IMG/VR virus record: IMGVR_UViG_2648501299_000008 | DNA length: 43,241 bases | Source of the DNA: a virus | Lineage: Duplodnaviria > Heunggongvirae > Uroviricota > Caudoviricetes | Direction: 5' to 3' (one strand) | In this document: one piece after another, positions 1 through 9,143 of the stretch | Layout: each line of letters begins with the position of its first letter | Position numbering within the stretch: position 1 is the first letter of the stretch | The notes under the pieces: generated by a model | Database searches by the model: none | Seen by the model: only the letters and a program-made list of their open reading frames with translations | Told to the model about the DNA's origin: nothing | Made by a program: the position numbers and the translations under genes

Positions 1-549
1 TCAGCTAGCTGGAAACTTTTTATACAGAGTTGAGAGCCCTACTCCATACGTTTTTGATACGCTTTGTCGTGATTCACCGGTTGCCATCCGCTCCCCCATT
101 TCCCGCCATTGCTCATCCGTGAACTTAGGCCTGCGACCACCAACTCGCCCTTTTGCCCTGGCTACGGCCAGCCCTGCTAAGGTACGTTCGCTATTAAGAT
201 CAGATTCATATTGTGCTGCGGAAAGGATGTTACGAAAGTTATAGCGGCCGCTGGCTGTTTTGAGATCCACGCCATCGGTAATACTGCGGAAGTTGATACC
301 CTTTTCCTGTAACTGCTGGAACATCAACAGCGCATGCAGAACGTTGCGGCCTATCCTGTCCAGCTTCCAGACCACCAGTTCATCCCCCGGCTGCATAGTG
401 GCGATGAGCCGTTTTAGAACCGGCCAATTCGATTTCCTCCCGCTGGCATGCTCTTCAAAAATTTTCTCACAACCCGCTGACTTGAGCGCCGTTAGTTGCA
501 ATTCAGTGTCCTGGTGGTTTGTTGATACTCGGGCATAACCGTAAATCAT
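1..549 (-). CDS. DNA invertase, serine recombinase (Hin/Gin/Pin/Cin family)
   Basis: 182-aa ORF from ATG at 547-549 (MIYGYARVSTNHQ...). N-terminal resolvase-type catalytic region with Ser in YARVST, C-terminal HTH (GESRQSVSKTYGVGLSTLYKKF). The tool ORF runs to 663 but the extra N-terminus has no homology. Confidence 0.9.
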   Translation of the reverse strand: MIYGYARVSTNHQDTELQLTALKSAGCEKIFEEHASGRKSNWPVLKRLIATMQPGDELVVWKLDRIGRNVLHALLMFQQLQEKGINFRSITDGVDLKTASGRYNFRNILSAAQYESDLNSERTLAGLAVARAKGRVGGRRPKFTDEQWREMGERMATGESRQSVSKTYGVGLSTLYKKFPAS

Positions 550-620
550 GGGATTTCTCCTGTTATGAAAACAGGAGAAACGGCGAAGCATCACCAGATT
601 TTTGATGGTTATAAAAAAGG

Positions 621-848
621 TTGGTTTACGACAAACGCAATGTGGCAGGGTTGCCAGGGGCAAAGGATATCATCCTGAATGAGCTGACCAGGCGTGTACA
701 CCAAATTTACCCTGATGCAGAGGTAAGGGTTAAGCCTATGCAGGCCAACGCATTAAATAGCGACTGCACCAAAAATGAGAAAAAGCGACTGAGTCGCATG
801 CTGGAGGAGATGTTCGAAGAATCTGATTTTTGGATGGTGGCAGAATAA
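621..848 (+). CDS. DinI-like DNA-damage-inducible protein
   Basis: 75-aa ORF with TTG start (alternative GTG at 642). Pattern ...LPGAKDIILNELTRRV...EEMFEESDFWMVAE resembles the DinI family including the acidic W-containing C-terminus. Start codon uncertain. Confidence 0.55.
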   Translation: MVYDKRNVAGLPGAKDIILNELTRRVHQIYPDAEVRVKPMQANALNSDCTKNEKKRLSRMLEEMFEESDFWMVAE

Positions 849-878
849 TAAGCTTTGTTTTTACATTGCTGTTTTATA

Positions 879-904
879 GAATCCGCCGCCAGCCGGATTT
901 TTCA
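879..904 (+). terminator. possible rho-independent terminator after the DinI-like gene
   Basis: GC-rich inverted repeat ATCCG...CGGAT (881-898) followed by a T run. Confidence 0.35.
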
Positions 905-971
905 ATACTCGCACTATCGAACGATCTCCGGCTGACCGCAGCCCGCCGTATGCAGAGCGGGCTGCAGTATC

Positions 972-1112
972 TTACCGTTCTACTGCCGGAAACTTCTTAT
1001 ACAGCGTCGACACACCCACGTCATAAAGGATCGCTACCTTCTGGCGGCTCTCACCAGCAGCAATCAGTTGCCCCATATCTTCCCATTGCTCGTCCGTGAA
1101 CTTTGGCCTACG
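972..1112 (-). pseudogene. 3' fragment of a second serine invertase gene (HTH domain only)
   Basis: Minus-strand translation gives RRPKFTDEQWEDMGQLIAAGESRQKVAILYDVGVSTLYKKFPAVER*, which parallels the C-terminus of the intact invertase at 1-549. There is no start codon and no catalytic domain upstream (an in-frame stop lies just 5'). Confidence 0.55.
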
Positions 1113-1297
1113 GTCACTATCGACTTAATGTAAAATGGGGTTGTCCCGATCGCTTCTCCGAACAGCCCTCTTCATCACTGAGTGACACATCGTTGATAAT
1201 GGATTGTTAACAGTGGTTGTTATCGTCTGGTAAGCGCATACAATAAGATGATATTATAGCTAAATGTGCATTCAAAATTCAGATTTAGAGGTAAATC

Positions 1298-2284
1298 GTG
1301 GGTTATTTTAGATTTGCTTTATGTATCGCAGTTGCAGCAAACCACCTATGGTTTATTGGAGCAATAGGTAGATATGCTGTTTTTTCATTTTATATATTGA
1401 GTGGTTTTTTAATGACCACTATTATTACGGGAAAATATGGAACAAGTGCTAAAGGCATTATAAGTTACATAGCAAATAGAGTTCTCAGAATATACCCGAT
1501 GTACATCGCTGTTTTTTTATTGTATGTTTTATTAGCGCTTCTGTGGGGCAACACTCCGGCATTAGATTTTAATATCCCTGCCACACTGAAAGGCTGGGTG
1601 ATAAATGCATCGATGATTGGCATGGACTTTAACTACAAAGACAGGCTGATATCTCCGGCATGGTCTTTATACGTTGAGCTGTTTTATTATTGCTTGATCC
1701 CATTTATAATAATAATGGGAAGAAGGGCGGTGTTATTATGGCTAGTGATGTCAGCTTCCTATCATGCATACAGTGTGTATTCACTTGGTATGTATAGTAG
1801 TTGGGATGTTAGATACGGGACAATACTTGCGGGTTCCATTGGGTTTTCTATTGGTTGCGCTTTAAAGTTGTATAACTTTAAAATAATTGAAAATAAATAC
1901 ATTTTCAAATTGTCTTTTGTAACACTAACTTTGGTGTATGGTTTAACAGCAGCATCATTCCTTTCTAAAGAAAGGTTGTTTTCTTTAGATTCTATGTCAA
2001 CATATTTCTTTTATGTAAACATGCTGGCATCAGCAGTTGTTATCAAAAATATATTTAATATAAAACAAAATAATACCTGTTTACTTTTAGGTGATCTCTC
2101 ATACCCATTCTATTTAACTCATACTTTATCTGGTGTTATCCTTATGAGGATTGGAATTATAGAAACCCGGAGTATTTATCTGTTTGTTTTTGGCGTCCTG
2201 CTTACATGTGGGATATGCATGCTCCTTAGAAGGTTTGAAATTGCGATTGATTCAATAAGAGATCGAGTGCGTTCCTACGCCTAA
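1298..2284 (+). CDS. acyltransferase family 3 integral membrane protein (Oac/OafA-like O-antigen acetyltransferase)
   Basis: 328-aa polytopic membrane protein with GTG start and AGAGGT Shine-Dalgarno 6 nt upstream. Carries the FYILSGFLMT motif typical of acyltransferase_3. Region looks AT-rich by eye and is on the strand opposite the tail genes. Confidence 0.7.
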   Translation: MGYFRFALCIAVAANHLWFIGAIGRYAVFSFYILSGFLMTTIITGKYGTSAKGIISYIANRVLRIYPMYIAVFLLYVLLALLWGNTPALDFNIPATLKGWVINASMIGMDFNYKDRLISPAWSLYVELFYYCLIPFIIIMGRRAVLLWLVMSASYHAYSVYSLGMYSSWDVRYGTILAGSIGFSIGCALKLYNFKIIENKYIFKLSFVTLTLVYGLTAASFLSKERLFSLDSMSTYFFYVNMLASAVVIKNIFNIKQNNTCLLLGDLSYPFYLTHTLSGVILMRIGIIETRSIYLFVFGVLLTCGICMLLRRFEIAIDSIRDRVRSYA

Positions 2285-2291
2285 AACTATT

Positions 2292-2320
2292 GGAGGGGCA
2301 GCGCCCCTCTTTCTGTATTT
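2292..2320. terminator. bidirectional rho-independent terminator between the acyltransferase and the end of the late operon
   Basis: Perfect 7-bp GC stem GAGGGGC-agc-GCCCCTC (2293-2309) with T-rich flank on the plus strand and A/T-rich flank on the minus strand. Confidence 0.45.
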
Positions 2321-2345
2321 ATTTCATGAGATGTCAGGATTAGTG

Positions 2346-2537
2346 TTACTTAACGTTATCATCCATAGGTGTCTCTGGCGGGATAAAATCACCATTGTTA
2401 TACGCCCAGCCAATACCCGCCAAACCATTAGCTAATATAGCCACACCAGAATCAGGCTTCCAATCCGATTCACCATCCCAAATAACCATATTAATGACGA
2501 CTCCAGCATCAACGACTGCGTAAACACTACCCATCAT
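2346..2537 (-). CDS. small phage protein downstream of the tail fibre (possible tail fibre assembly/chaperone-like)
   Basis: 63-aa ORF whose start overlaps the tail fibre stop by 4 nt. The VVINMVIWDG...IGWAYNNGDF pattern is typical of small ORFs that follow tail fibre genes. Family not confirmed. Confidence 0.45.
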   Translation of the reverse strand: MMGSVYAVVDAGVVINMVIWDGESDWKPDSGVAILANGLAGIGWAYNNGDFIPPETPMDDNVK

Positions 2538-3514
2538 GCATACTCCATAATAATAATGACACCGGGCGCGCCGTTACCACCAGCTTTCCCAGCACCACTA
2601 GAGCCAGAAAACGCGCCGCTACCGCCAGACCCGTAACCTGCACCATTGTTGCCTACCACGGACAGACTCCCTCCTGAACCGACATGGTTACCGCCAGAAC
2701 CCAGAGGATTACCACCTCCTCTACCTGAAAGCCCAGTCCCGATAGCTAAACCCTGGCCGCCCGCTTCACCATCAATGGAAACTATATTTGCGCCAGTGCA
2801 CGGCGCTGTTTTTGTCTGAATTGACTGGCATACGCTTGGAACTGTAAATGAGTTAGACGCCAGACCACTGCTGCCGCCAGGGCAGGTCATTATTGTGCCA
2901 AAAATAGTGTCTCCACCTGCACCACCGATATTGGCACCAGTACTGGATGCTGAACCTGTCCCACCATTCCCACCAGCACCAATAGTTACTGATATCGGCC
3001 CTGTAATCGTGAACTTAGTCTCACCATACGATCCAGAGTTTCCACCCGCAGCTGACGACACCTGCCCAGATGGTGGTGTCGAACTCCCACCACCACCTGC
3101 ACCACCACCGACTCCACGTCCAATGCCAAATTTTGCCCCAGGTGTTGGGGTATACATTCCCGATGAGGTGATAACTTTCACGCCCACTAAACGTCCAACC
3201 GTTGACGACCCAAGCCCTCCTACTAATTGAAGGTTTGTGAGAGCCGTAGAAATCGCCGCTGCACCATCTGATTTGATATCGGCAAATGGGTTTGCACGGC
3301 TCAGTGTGAGTTTTTGAATGGCTTTTAAAACCTGAGTCATATCGTTAATGTCGAGCGCCAATCCTGCTGACTCTACGATATGCGCTAACTCTTCCTGCAT
3401 GGCATTAAACGCTGCTGCCCGCAGCCTCGTTGCGGCAATACCACCAGCAACACTTCCATCAGTATATTTGCCATCCTGCGTTGCAGTGGCTTCGACTTGC
3501 CCGATTCGGAGCAT
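2534..3514 (-). CDS. tail fibre protein, glycine-rich
   Basis: 326 aa; conserved-looking N-terminal attachment region followed by long Gly/Ser/Thr-rich repeats. GAGGA Shine-Dalgarno before the ATG at 3514. Sits distal to the baseplate genes. Confidence 0.7.
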   Translation of the reverse strand: MLRIGQVEATATQDGKYTDGSVAGGIAATRLRAAAFNAMQEELAHIVESAGLALDINDMTQVLKAIQKLTLSRANPFADIKSDGAAAISTALTNLQLVGGLGSSTVGRLVGVKVITSSGMYTPTPGAKFGIGRGVGGGAGGGGSSTPPSGQVSSAAGGNSGSYGETKFTITGPISVTIGAGGNGGTGSASSTGANIGGAGGDTIFGTIMTCPGGSSGLASNSFTVPSVCQSIQTKTAPCTGANIVSIDGEAGGQGLAIGTGLSGRGGGNPLGSGGNHVGSGGSLSVVGNNGAGYGSGGSGAFSGSSGAGKAGGNGAPGVIIIMEYA

Positions 3515-3565
3515 AGTTAATCCTCACTTAGTGTTAAGCGATAAAATCAGAGGGGGAAATATCAG

Positions 3566-4159
3566 TTATGAATAATTGAAAATGATGTTCAGATGGGATG
3601 GGGCAATTTTGTTGATTGAACACTCCAGTTGTTTATTGCCCCACGATGCGAGCGGATCTCCGCAGTAGGACGCGCCAGCAAGCGAATACTTGATCGTTGT
3701 TTGTGGCGCATTTATCCGCCAGGTAAATGGCCACTCGTCACCGTTAAGCGCATCACCGCATACTGACATGCCACTCATAGCGGGCCGGAACTGTGTGATA
3801 GTGATGGTATAACCAAGAGCTGCAGCCACCCGGATGTAATAATCGCGGTTCAGGCCGCCGGTGCTGATTAACTTTGCCACCACGGCGCGCTGGCGATCGC
3901 TGACGCCACCGGATTCACCAATCCCACAATCATCTGGTAACCCCAGAGAGCTTTCCCATTCTGACAACATTACCGTCGCTGTAGGGGGAAAAGCACCAGT
4001 AATCAGGCTTTGCGCATCGTTGTCAGAACGCTGAAACGCGCTGCCCAGTGCCCGTAATACCGCAGCCTGTACCGTTCTTTGCGACCGGGGCCACGCCCTG
4101 CCCGTCGGTAGCAGCGCACCAAGCGCACCGGCATAATCATTTTTTGAAAAGAGGCTCAT
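3566..4159 (-). CDS. tail protein, YmfQ/DUF2313-like (Mu gp48-like)
   Basis: 197 aa; gene order baseplate J -> this gene -> tail fibre, as in e14 and Mu-like tails. Start overlaps the upstream stop. Confidence 0.7.
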   Translation of the reverse strand: MSLFSKNDYAGALGALLPTGRAWPRSQRTVQAAVLRALGSAFQRSDNDAQSLITGAFPPTATVMLSEWESSLGLPDDCGIGESGGVSDRQRAVVAKLISTGGLNRDYYIRVAAALGYTITITQFRPAMSGMSVCGDALNGDEWPFTWRINAPQTTIKYSLAGASYCGDPLASWGNKQLECSINKIAPSHLNIIFNYS

Positions 4160-5298
4160 ACAAAATTCACCCCGCCAAGCACCGGAATTTCGCCAACAGC
4201 AAAGGTGATATTGGCCGTCGGAGAGTTAAGAATATAGCCCGTCGTGCCGCTAACACCGCCGATACTCCCGTTAATATCAGAGAGGTAAACTTTCCCGGAA
4301 CCATCAGGGTTAGCTTCATCAAAAAACAGCGCCGTCAGCGCGTCTTTTATCCCCTGAACTGTGGTGCTGTCGGCATTTTTGATCCCAGAGATTTCAATAT
4401 TGATGACTTTCTTGATCGGGGAACATACGAAAACAATGGCAGTGTCTGTCTGCTGCGGATAGATGTGGTCGGCGACAGCGAGCTGGTCTCCGGTGGCTTT
4501 AACAGCCCCCCAGTCCTCAAGTTGGGATATTCCGTCGGTACCGACCGGAAACCCACCATTGTCATTCCGATCACACATGATATACACGCCAACGGTCCCG
4601 GCCCCGTTCAGACGCCGCTTTACCCACGCGCGGGTGACGCCCGAAACCTCAAGCGCCCATTTTTTATAATCGGCGTCGCTTCCACCCTGAGGCGGATTCT
4701 GCCATGCCAGCAAGCCACGACTGCGAAAATCCTCTTCCGTTTCAATATCGGCTCCGCCGGTCGCAGCGGACAGTAACGTTACCTGTGGATCCACGCCAGC
4801 AATATTCGCGTCCAGGGTCATTATGGTCCCGGCATCAGCGTTACCGCGCGCGCCTCCACCCGTTACATCACTGGTAATATCCGGCAGTATGGCCGTCACC
4901 GCGACGATACCAAATCCATCTGCCTGAATTTTAAGATCTGCATCCGTCCGGTACTGGTATCCGTCCCCGCGGTTAATGATCGAGCCAACAGGGATAATAC
5001 AGTCAACACTGCCACTAGCCTGTACCGCAGGCGACTTCGCCGCTGCAGCTGGTTTTCTGAATACCTGCTTAAGGGCCATCCACCCGGCGAGATACTCATC
5101 GGTAGAGGTAAACGGGTTTGTCTGCAGGGCAATATAGTCAAGGTAGGCGTAATGCAGATGCCCCATCCCCGCATCCATGTCAGCCAGTACCTTCAGGTTC
5201 GCGAAGCGCAGGAGCGCACCAACATCCTCAAGCTCCGCCTGCATAAATTTCCGGTTTCCGTCGCGGAGTTCGCTCAGCGTCGGTCGTTTAAACGGCAT
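4156..5298 (-). CDS. baseplate J-like protein (Mu gp47-like)
   Basis: 380 aa from the internal ATG at 5296-5298 (MPFKRPTLSELR...), which abuts the upstream stop at 5300-5302. The longer tool ORF overlaps the upstream gene. Confidence 0.75.
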   Translation of the reverse strand: MPFKRPTLSELRDGNRKFMQAELEDVGALLRFANLKVLADMDAGMGHLHYAYLDYIALQTNPFTSTDEYLAGWMALKQVFRKPAAAAKSPAVQASGSVDCIIPVGSIINRGDGYQYRTDADLKIQADGFGIVAVTAILPDITSDVTGGGARGNADAGTIMTLDANIAGVDPQVTLLSAATGGADIETEEDFRSRGLLAWQNPPQGGSDADYKKWALEVSGVTRAWVKRRLNGAGTVGVYIMCDRNDNGGFPVGTDGISQLEDWGAVKATGDQLAVADHIYPQQTDTAIVFVCSPIKKVINIEISGIKNADSTTVQGIKDALTALFFDEANPDGSGKVYLSDINGSIGGVSGTTGYILNSPTANITFAVGEIPVLGGVNFV

Positions 5299-5299
5299 A

Positions 5300-5737
5300 T
5301 TAACGTTGCTCCCATATCCAGTAAAACCTGAATTCCTGCCAGTCCTTCCCCGGTGCCTGATAGCGGATAATGAGATTGAGCCGGTCAGGCAGGACGATCC
5401 TTGCAACAGGAATAACCTCGCTGACAACGCCATCAACCTTTAACCAGTTGAGCGCTTCACTCGAGTATTCCTCCGCTTTTTTTGCTACATCCGGGGTCAG
5501 TTTTTTCCGCCGTAGCAGCCACAGCCGGGATCCCAGTTGGGATTCCTCCCCGGAATCCCCCCACCAGCCGCGGCGATCGCTATCCTCATAATCATCGTCA
5601 GCGCGCGCCAGCCTGTCGGTAAACAGGCTGTCCAGTATTGCAGTCTGTAAATCGTTCCCCGTGGTGAGTTCACCCAGCCCTTTCTGCCAGTCAGCAAACA
5701 TCTCATCCACATTCCAGAATGAAGCGATGTCACTCAT
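5300..5737 (-). CDS. GP46-like baseplate protein
   Basis: 145 aa, translationally coupled between the V-like and J-like genes in Mu-type baseplate order. Confidence 0.65.
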   Translation of the reverse strand: MSDIASFWNVDEMFADWQKGLGELTTGNDLQTAILDSLFTDRLARADDDYEDSDRRGWWGDSGEESQLGSRLWLLRRKKLTPDVAKKAEEYSSEALNWLKVDGVVSEVIPVARIVLPDRLNLIIRYQAPGKDWQEFRFYWIWEQR

Positions 5738-6318
5738 GTCACCTGATCCTCTGTTTTTTGGCTGCGGATATTGTCATTGCCACTCTGGGCATTTTTAACC
5801 ACATGATCATGGTCATTATGTGCATCCCGCAGCTCTTTCAGTGTTCGGGTATTGGTTTCACAGTTATCAACAATGTCACCCGTGCACCTCAGGATCGGGG
5901 TATTTACAAGGATCCCCTGGCTGGCATTGATGGTCACGTTAGTGGCGTTATTGACCTCAACATTCTGGCCCTTTGCATCCAGGAAGATCCCCTTCTCCGT
6001 CAGGAGAATATTAAGGCCCCACTGGTTATACATGACCGTTTCGCCCGCTTTCAGGCCTGCATGACGGAACCCCTGATGGTTGGACGCAATTACCACCGCG
6101 CTGGAACGATCACCGCCAATAAAAGCCAGAACCACGTCAGTCCCTGACGGCAGGCCGGATGAAAAGCCAAATTCTGCCATCCGCGGAGCGCTGGCCACCT
6201 CCAGCGGAGTCTGGTACTGGATAGACTGCACCACCCCACCATCTTTCATAGCCGTGATCCGGCCAATCCCCAGCATGCCGGCGATCCTGGTCGCTGCATG
6301 TTTAAATAGTTGCTTCAT
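5734..6318 (-). CDS. baseplate assembly protein V-like (spike)
   Basis: 194 aa; position and size fit Mu gp45 / P2 gpV-type spike proteins. Confidence 0.65.
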   Translation of the reverse strand: MKQLFKHAATRIAGMLGIGRITAMKDGGVVQSIQYQTPLEVASAPRMAEFGFSSGLPSGTDVVLAFIGGDRSSAVVIASNHQGFRHAGLKAGETVMYNQWGLNILLTEKGIFLDAKGQNVEVNNATNVTINASQGILVNTPILRCTGDIVDNCETNTRTLKELRDAHNDHDHVVKNAQSGNDNIRSQKTEDQVT

Positions 6319-7400
6319 GTATTGAATCCCGCCAGGTTCTGGTAGAAGGCATATGGCTGAACGGAGAATGCTTCAGGCGGCATCAGCGTCATGCGTGCAT
6401 GGGTGCCGTAGTCATCGCGCATATAGGTGACTTCTGCCAGTAGCAATTCAGTCTTCGGCAACCGTAAGGTGGGAAGATCAACGGGGATCAATGTGTTTGG
6501 TTCCCACAGTTTCCCGTCTTTATCCCGCCAGGAATCGATGGTTACCGAGAGCTGTTTTGAACGTCCGTACCGCCGGTTCATTTCCCAGTCGATCGCACTT
6601 TGTGCCTGTTGAGTAGCCATCAGGGTACTTTCCACAATCGATATATGTTTTCGGTACCGCATGCGGGCGGCCTCCGGATCTCTCGCCGTTGCCAGAGTCA
6701 CAGCGTCATAGGCCGTATCAGGCGAATACCCTGCAATTGGAGAAACGCTCATTGATACACCGACATAATCTGAAAACCTGTCAGCCATCGATTTGCGGTA
6801 GTATGCCTGCTCGACATTTACCCCTTCGGCTATCCCACTTGCCGCACGACGTGTTCCCACCCGGGTCAGTAACAGGTTTCCATCGGGCTGATCGTAGTAA
6901 AGCAGAGCAGACCATCTGGCCACCCGATCGATGACTTCTTGCGGAGACTCACCCCAGTTCAGAGTGAACTGGGGTACCTTCACAAGTTCATCAACATCCG
7001 TGGTTACGGTGATGCCGTAGTAGGATGCCAGGCGAGAAGCAATTTCAAGCGCATTACTGGCATTGATGACGTTGTTAGGCCACTCGGCTGAGCAATCCAC
7101 CAGGTCCTGACATTTGCTCCTGCCCGTGGCGCGGACCTCATGGCGGGAGCGCGATAGTGCGGGTTCCCAGTCATCAACATATCCCGTCAGTGTCAGATCA
7201 TCTCCGATACGAACTTCACAAGACATTCCCTCTTCAACGAGTTGACGATCTTCGTTGCCAGGGAAGTAATCCATTAGCCCAAGATCGAAATCAGAGGGAA
7301 AACGCTCAATACCCCGCGTTACCCGGACAGAATCCCACCCCTCGATGATTTTGCCGTCGACCGTCAAAGAAACAACATCCAGATCGCTGTCTGCATTCAT
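6315..7400 (-). CDS. tail/baseplate hub protein (Mu gp44 / P2 gpD-like)
   Basis: 361 aa between the DNA-circulation-like gene and the spike gene. Assignment by synteny and size. Confidence 0.6.
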   Translation of the reverse strand: MNADSDLDVVSLTVDGKIIEGWDSVRVTRGIERFPSDFDLGLMDYFPGNEDRQLVEEGMSCEVRIGDDLTLTGYVDDWEPALSRSRHEVRATGRSKCQDLVDCSAEWPNNVINASNALEIASRLASYYGITVTTDVDELVKVPQFTLNWGESPQEVIDRVARWSALLYYDQPDGNLLLTRVGTRRAASGIAEGVNVEQAYYRKSMADRFSDYVGVSMSVSPIAGYSPDTAYDAVTLATARDPEAARMRYRKHISIVESTLMATQQAQSAIDWEMNRRYGRSKQLSVTIDSWRDKDGKLWEPNTLIPVDLPTLRLPKTELLLAEVTYMRDDYGTHARMTLMPPEAFSVQPYAFYQNLAGFNT

Positions 7401-8800
7401 TGCCTCAGTACCTTCATGGTTGTCGGCATAAACGCCGGATGCGGTACGCGCGCTTCCTGTACCAGTTCATCTGCACGGGTGGCATCCTGGTATAATCGGT
7501 TTGCCAGCGTCAGCGCCGGAAGCGGCTGAGCGGTAGTAACCTGCAGAAGCTCGCTCAGACCAGAAGCACGCTCACTCATCGTAGAAAGGAATGCCGATCT
7601 GACGGCGAGAAGCGCGTTATACATATCATCGTCTGCGCGGTCTCCAGCCAGAACCAGCGCCGTATCAAGTTGCACAGAAACTCGTTGAGTTAACTCTTCT
7701 GCCTCGTCTGTACTGGCTGGTCTGGAGTCCGCAGCGGCACTGGTCATGGCACCAGTACATAGCACAACAATCAGCGTGTTCATGGTCGCCGAAATCGCTT
7801 TGCTGCTGTCGGACTGCTGGTACTCCGTGCTGATTGAATTAGCCAGTTTTTCCAGCGCTGTGATTCGGTCATTAACGCTGCCGGCGCTGTTAAGAATTGC
7901 GTTTACCACGTCGGCGACGCCCTGGACAAACTCATCAGGTGTGTTGGAGCTGCTAAGCTGGCTCGACCTGTCGGTAACATTTTTCCGGTCCATTACCGAC
8001 TGGGCTGTTACCTTGTCAGCCAGTGCTCTCTCATCATCCACATCAGCAACTGACGATTTGCCAGCAACAGCAGAGGAACTACCGCCCACAGAGCCTTTAC
8101 TGTAACGTCCGTACCGGGTATTCCCGAACGTGGAGTTCAGGACATTGCTGAGATTCGTGACCTGACTGATGGTGCTGTCAACCATGTTAGTCCAGAACGT
8201 GACCGTGCCTCTGATGGTGTTTATAGCCTGTGTGACACCGCGGATTTCACTCTTAACTCTGGCAATCGTGCTCAGCACAGCAGTGCTGACCAGTTTCAGA
8301 TAGTTGGTTTTCACCGTGGCGCCTGCAACGGTACTGCCCGTGACAGCAAACACTTTAAGCCCTGATTCAATTGCCATCAGGGTAAATTCAAATACTCGCC
8401 CGTTCTCCATCGAACCGGAAATACGCAAACCATTCTCAGGGATGGAAACCGTTAATTCGCCCAGTGTCGGATGGACAAGCGTACCGCTACCTTTTTGTTC
8501 ACAGGCTTCAATCAGTGACTGGCGCTGCGTGATAGCATCGCCGCCGCCGTAAACCTGGCTGTTCTGGATCAAGAAACCGCGAATAACAAATCGCCGTGTT
8601 GCCCGCCCGATATCCTCTATCCAGGCTGTATCACGGTAGGGATATTCATGTACCGCCTGGCGTCGGCCGTGGCTCCCTTCCTCAGCAACAATTGCAAATG
8701 GCACACCTCTGAATGAGCTGGGCCGTAACTGCCCCTGCCAGTCATCGCTGGTATCTCCCCCCAAAAGAGAAGTTATTGCGTCCTGGATAATTGACGGCAT
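7397..8800 (-). CDS. Mu gp43-like DNA circulation protein
   Basis: About 467 aa from the ATG at 8798-8800, with GGAGG 4 nt upstream. Lies directly downstream of the tape measure region as in Mu-like tails. Confidence 0.65.
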   Translation of the reverse strand: MPSIIQDAITSLLGGDTSDDWQGQLRPSSFRGVPFAIVAEEGSHGRRQAVHEYPYRDTAWIEDIGRATRRFVIRGFLIQNSQVYGGGDAITQRQSLIEACEQKGSGTLVHPTLGELTVSIPENGLRISGSMENGRVFEFTLMAIESGLKVFAVTGSTVAGATVKTNYLKLVSTAVLSTIARVKSEIRGVTQAINTIRGTVTFWTNMVDSTISQVTNLSNVLNSTFGNTRYGRYSKGSVGGSSSAVAGKSSVADVDDERALADKVTAQSVMDRKNVTDRSSQLSSSNTPDEFVQGVADVVNAILNSAGSVNDRITALEKLANSISTEYQQSDSSKAISATMNTLIVVLCTGAMTSAAADSRPASTDEAEELTQRVSVQLDTALVLAGDRADDDMYNALLAVRSAFLSTMSERASGLSELLQVTTAQPLPALTLANRLYQDATRADELVQEARVPHPAFMPTTMKVLRQ

Positions 8801-8809
8801 CACGCCTCC

Positions 8810-8839
8810 GGAAATAAAAAAACCGCCATGTCGGCGGTT
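8810..8839 (-). terminator. rho-independent terminator inside the tail operon
   Basis: Minus-strand transcript forms AACCGCC-gacat-GGCGGTT followed by UUUUUAUUUCC. Lies directly upstream of the gp43-like start. Confidence 0.55.
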
Positions 8840-8863
8840 TACATATGCACTGAAATGACTTAT

Positions 8864-9112
8864 CTATTTATCGCTGGATCCATTACGGTCAAGAGATTCG
8901 GCGATCCTGTAAAGATGCTCAGTCGCCTTGAATGAGTTCATTAGGAACTCATAAAGCACACGTAAAAGCAATGCACTTACCACCGATATCGTAATCGCCG
9001 TGAAATTCATTGAGACAACAGAAAAAACGAGGAAAATGCCAATTACCAGGTAAACAAGCGCAAAAACCTTTGGAGTCTAAATGGCTTTTGCTCCAAAAAC
9101 TTTTTCATTCAT
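8864..9112 (-). pseudogene. small hydrophobic protein ORF interrupted by an in-frame amber codon
   Basis: AAGGAAG Shine-Dalgarno, then ATG at 9110-9112, 11 codons (MNEKVFGAKAI), TAG at 9077-9079, then 70 in-frame codons encoding two predicted transmembrane helices, stop at 8864-8866. Confidence 0.4.
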
Positions 9113-9143
9113 AACTTCTTCCTTAACGAAATGACGACAGTGA

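Noticed and set aside
2895-3230. Antisense ORFs lying wholly inside structural genes, such as 2895-3230 within the tail fibre gene, 4048-4776 within the baseplate J gene and 12312-12991 within the sheath gene.
   Set aside because: Fully overlapped by longer ORFs with clear phage homology and conserved operon coupling; compositionally biased translations (Pro/Arg-rich) typical of shadow ORFs in GC-rich coding DNA.
4156-5436. Longer upstream starts for several genes given by the ORF track (for example 4156-5436, 14857-15942, 23211-23969, 31228-31674, 33602-34603).
   Set aside because: The extensions overlap the preceding gene or promoter and lack homology; internal ATG/GTG codons with Shine-Dalgarno motifs or stop-start coupling give the expected protein N-termini.
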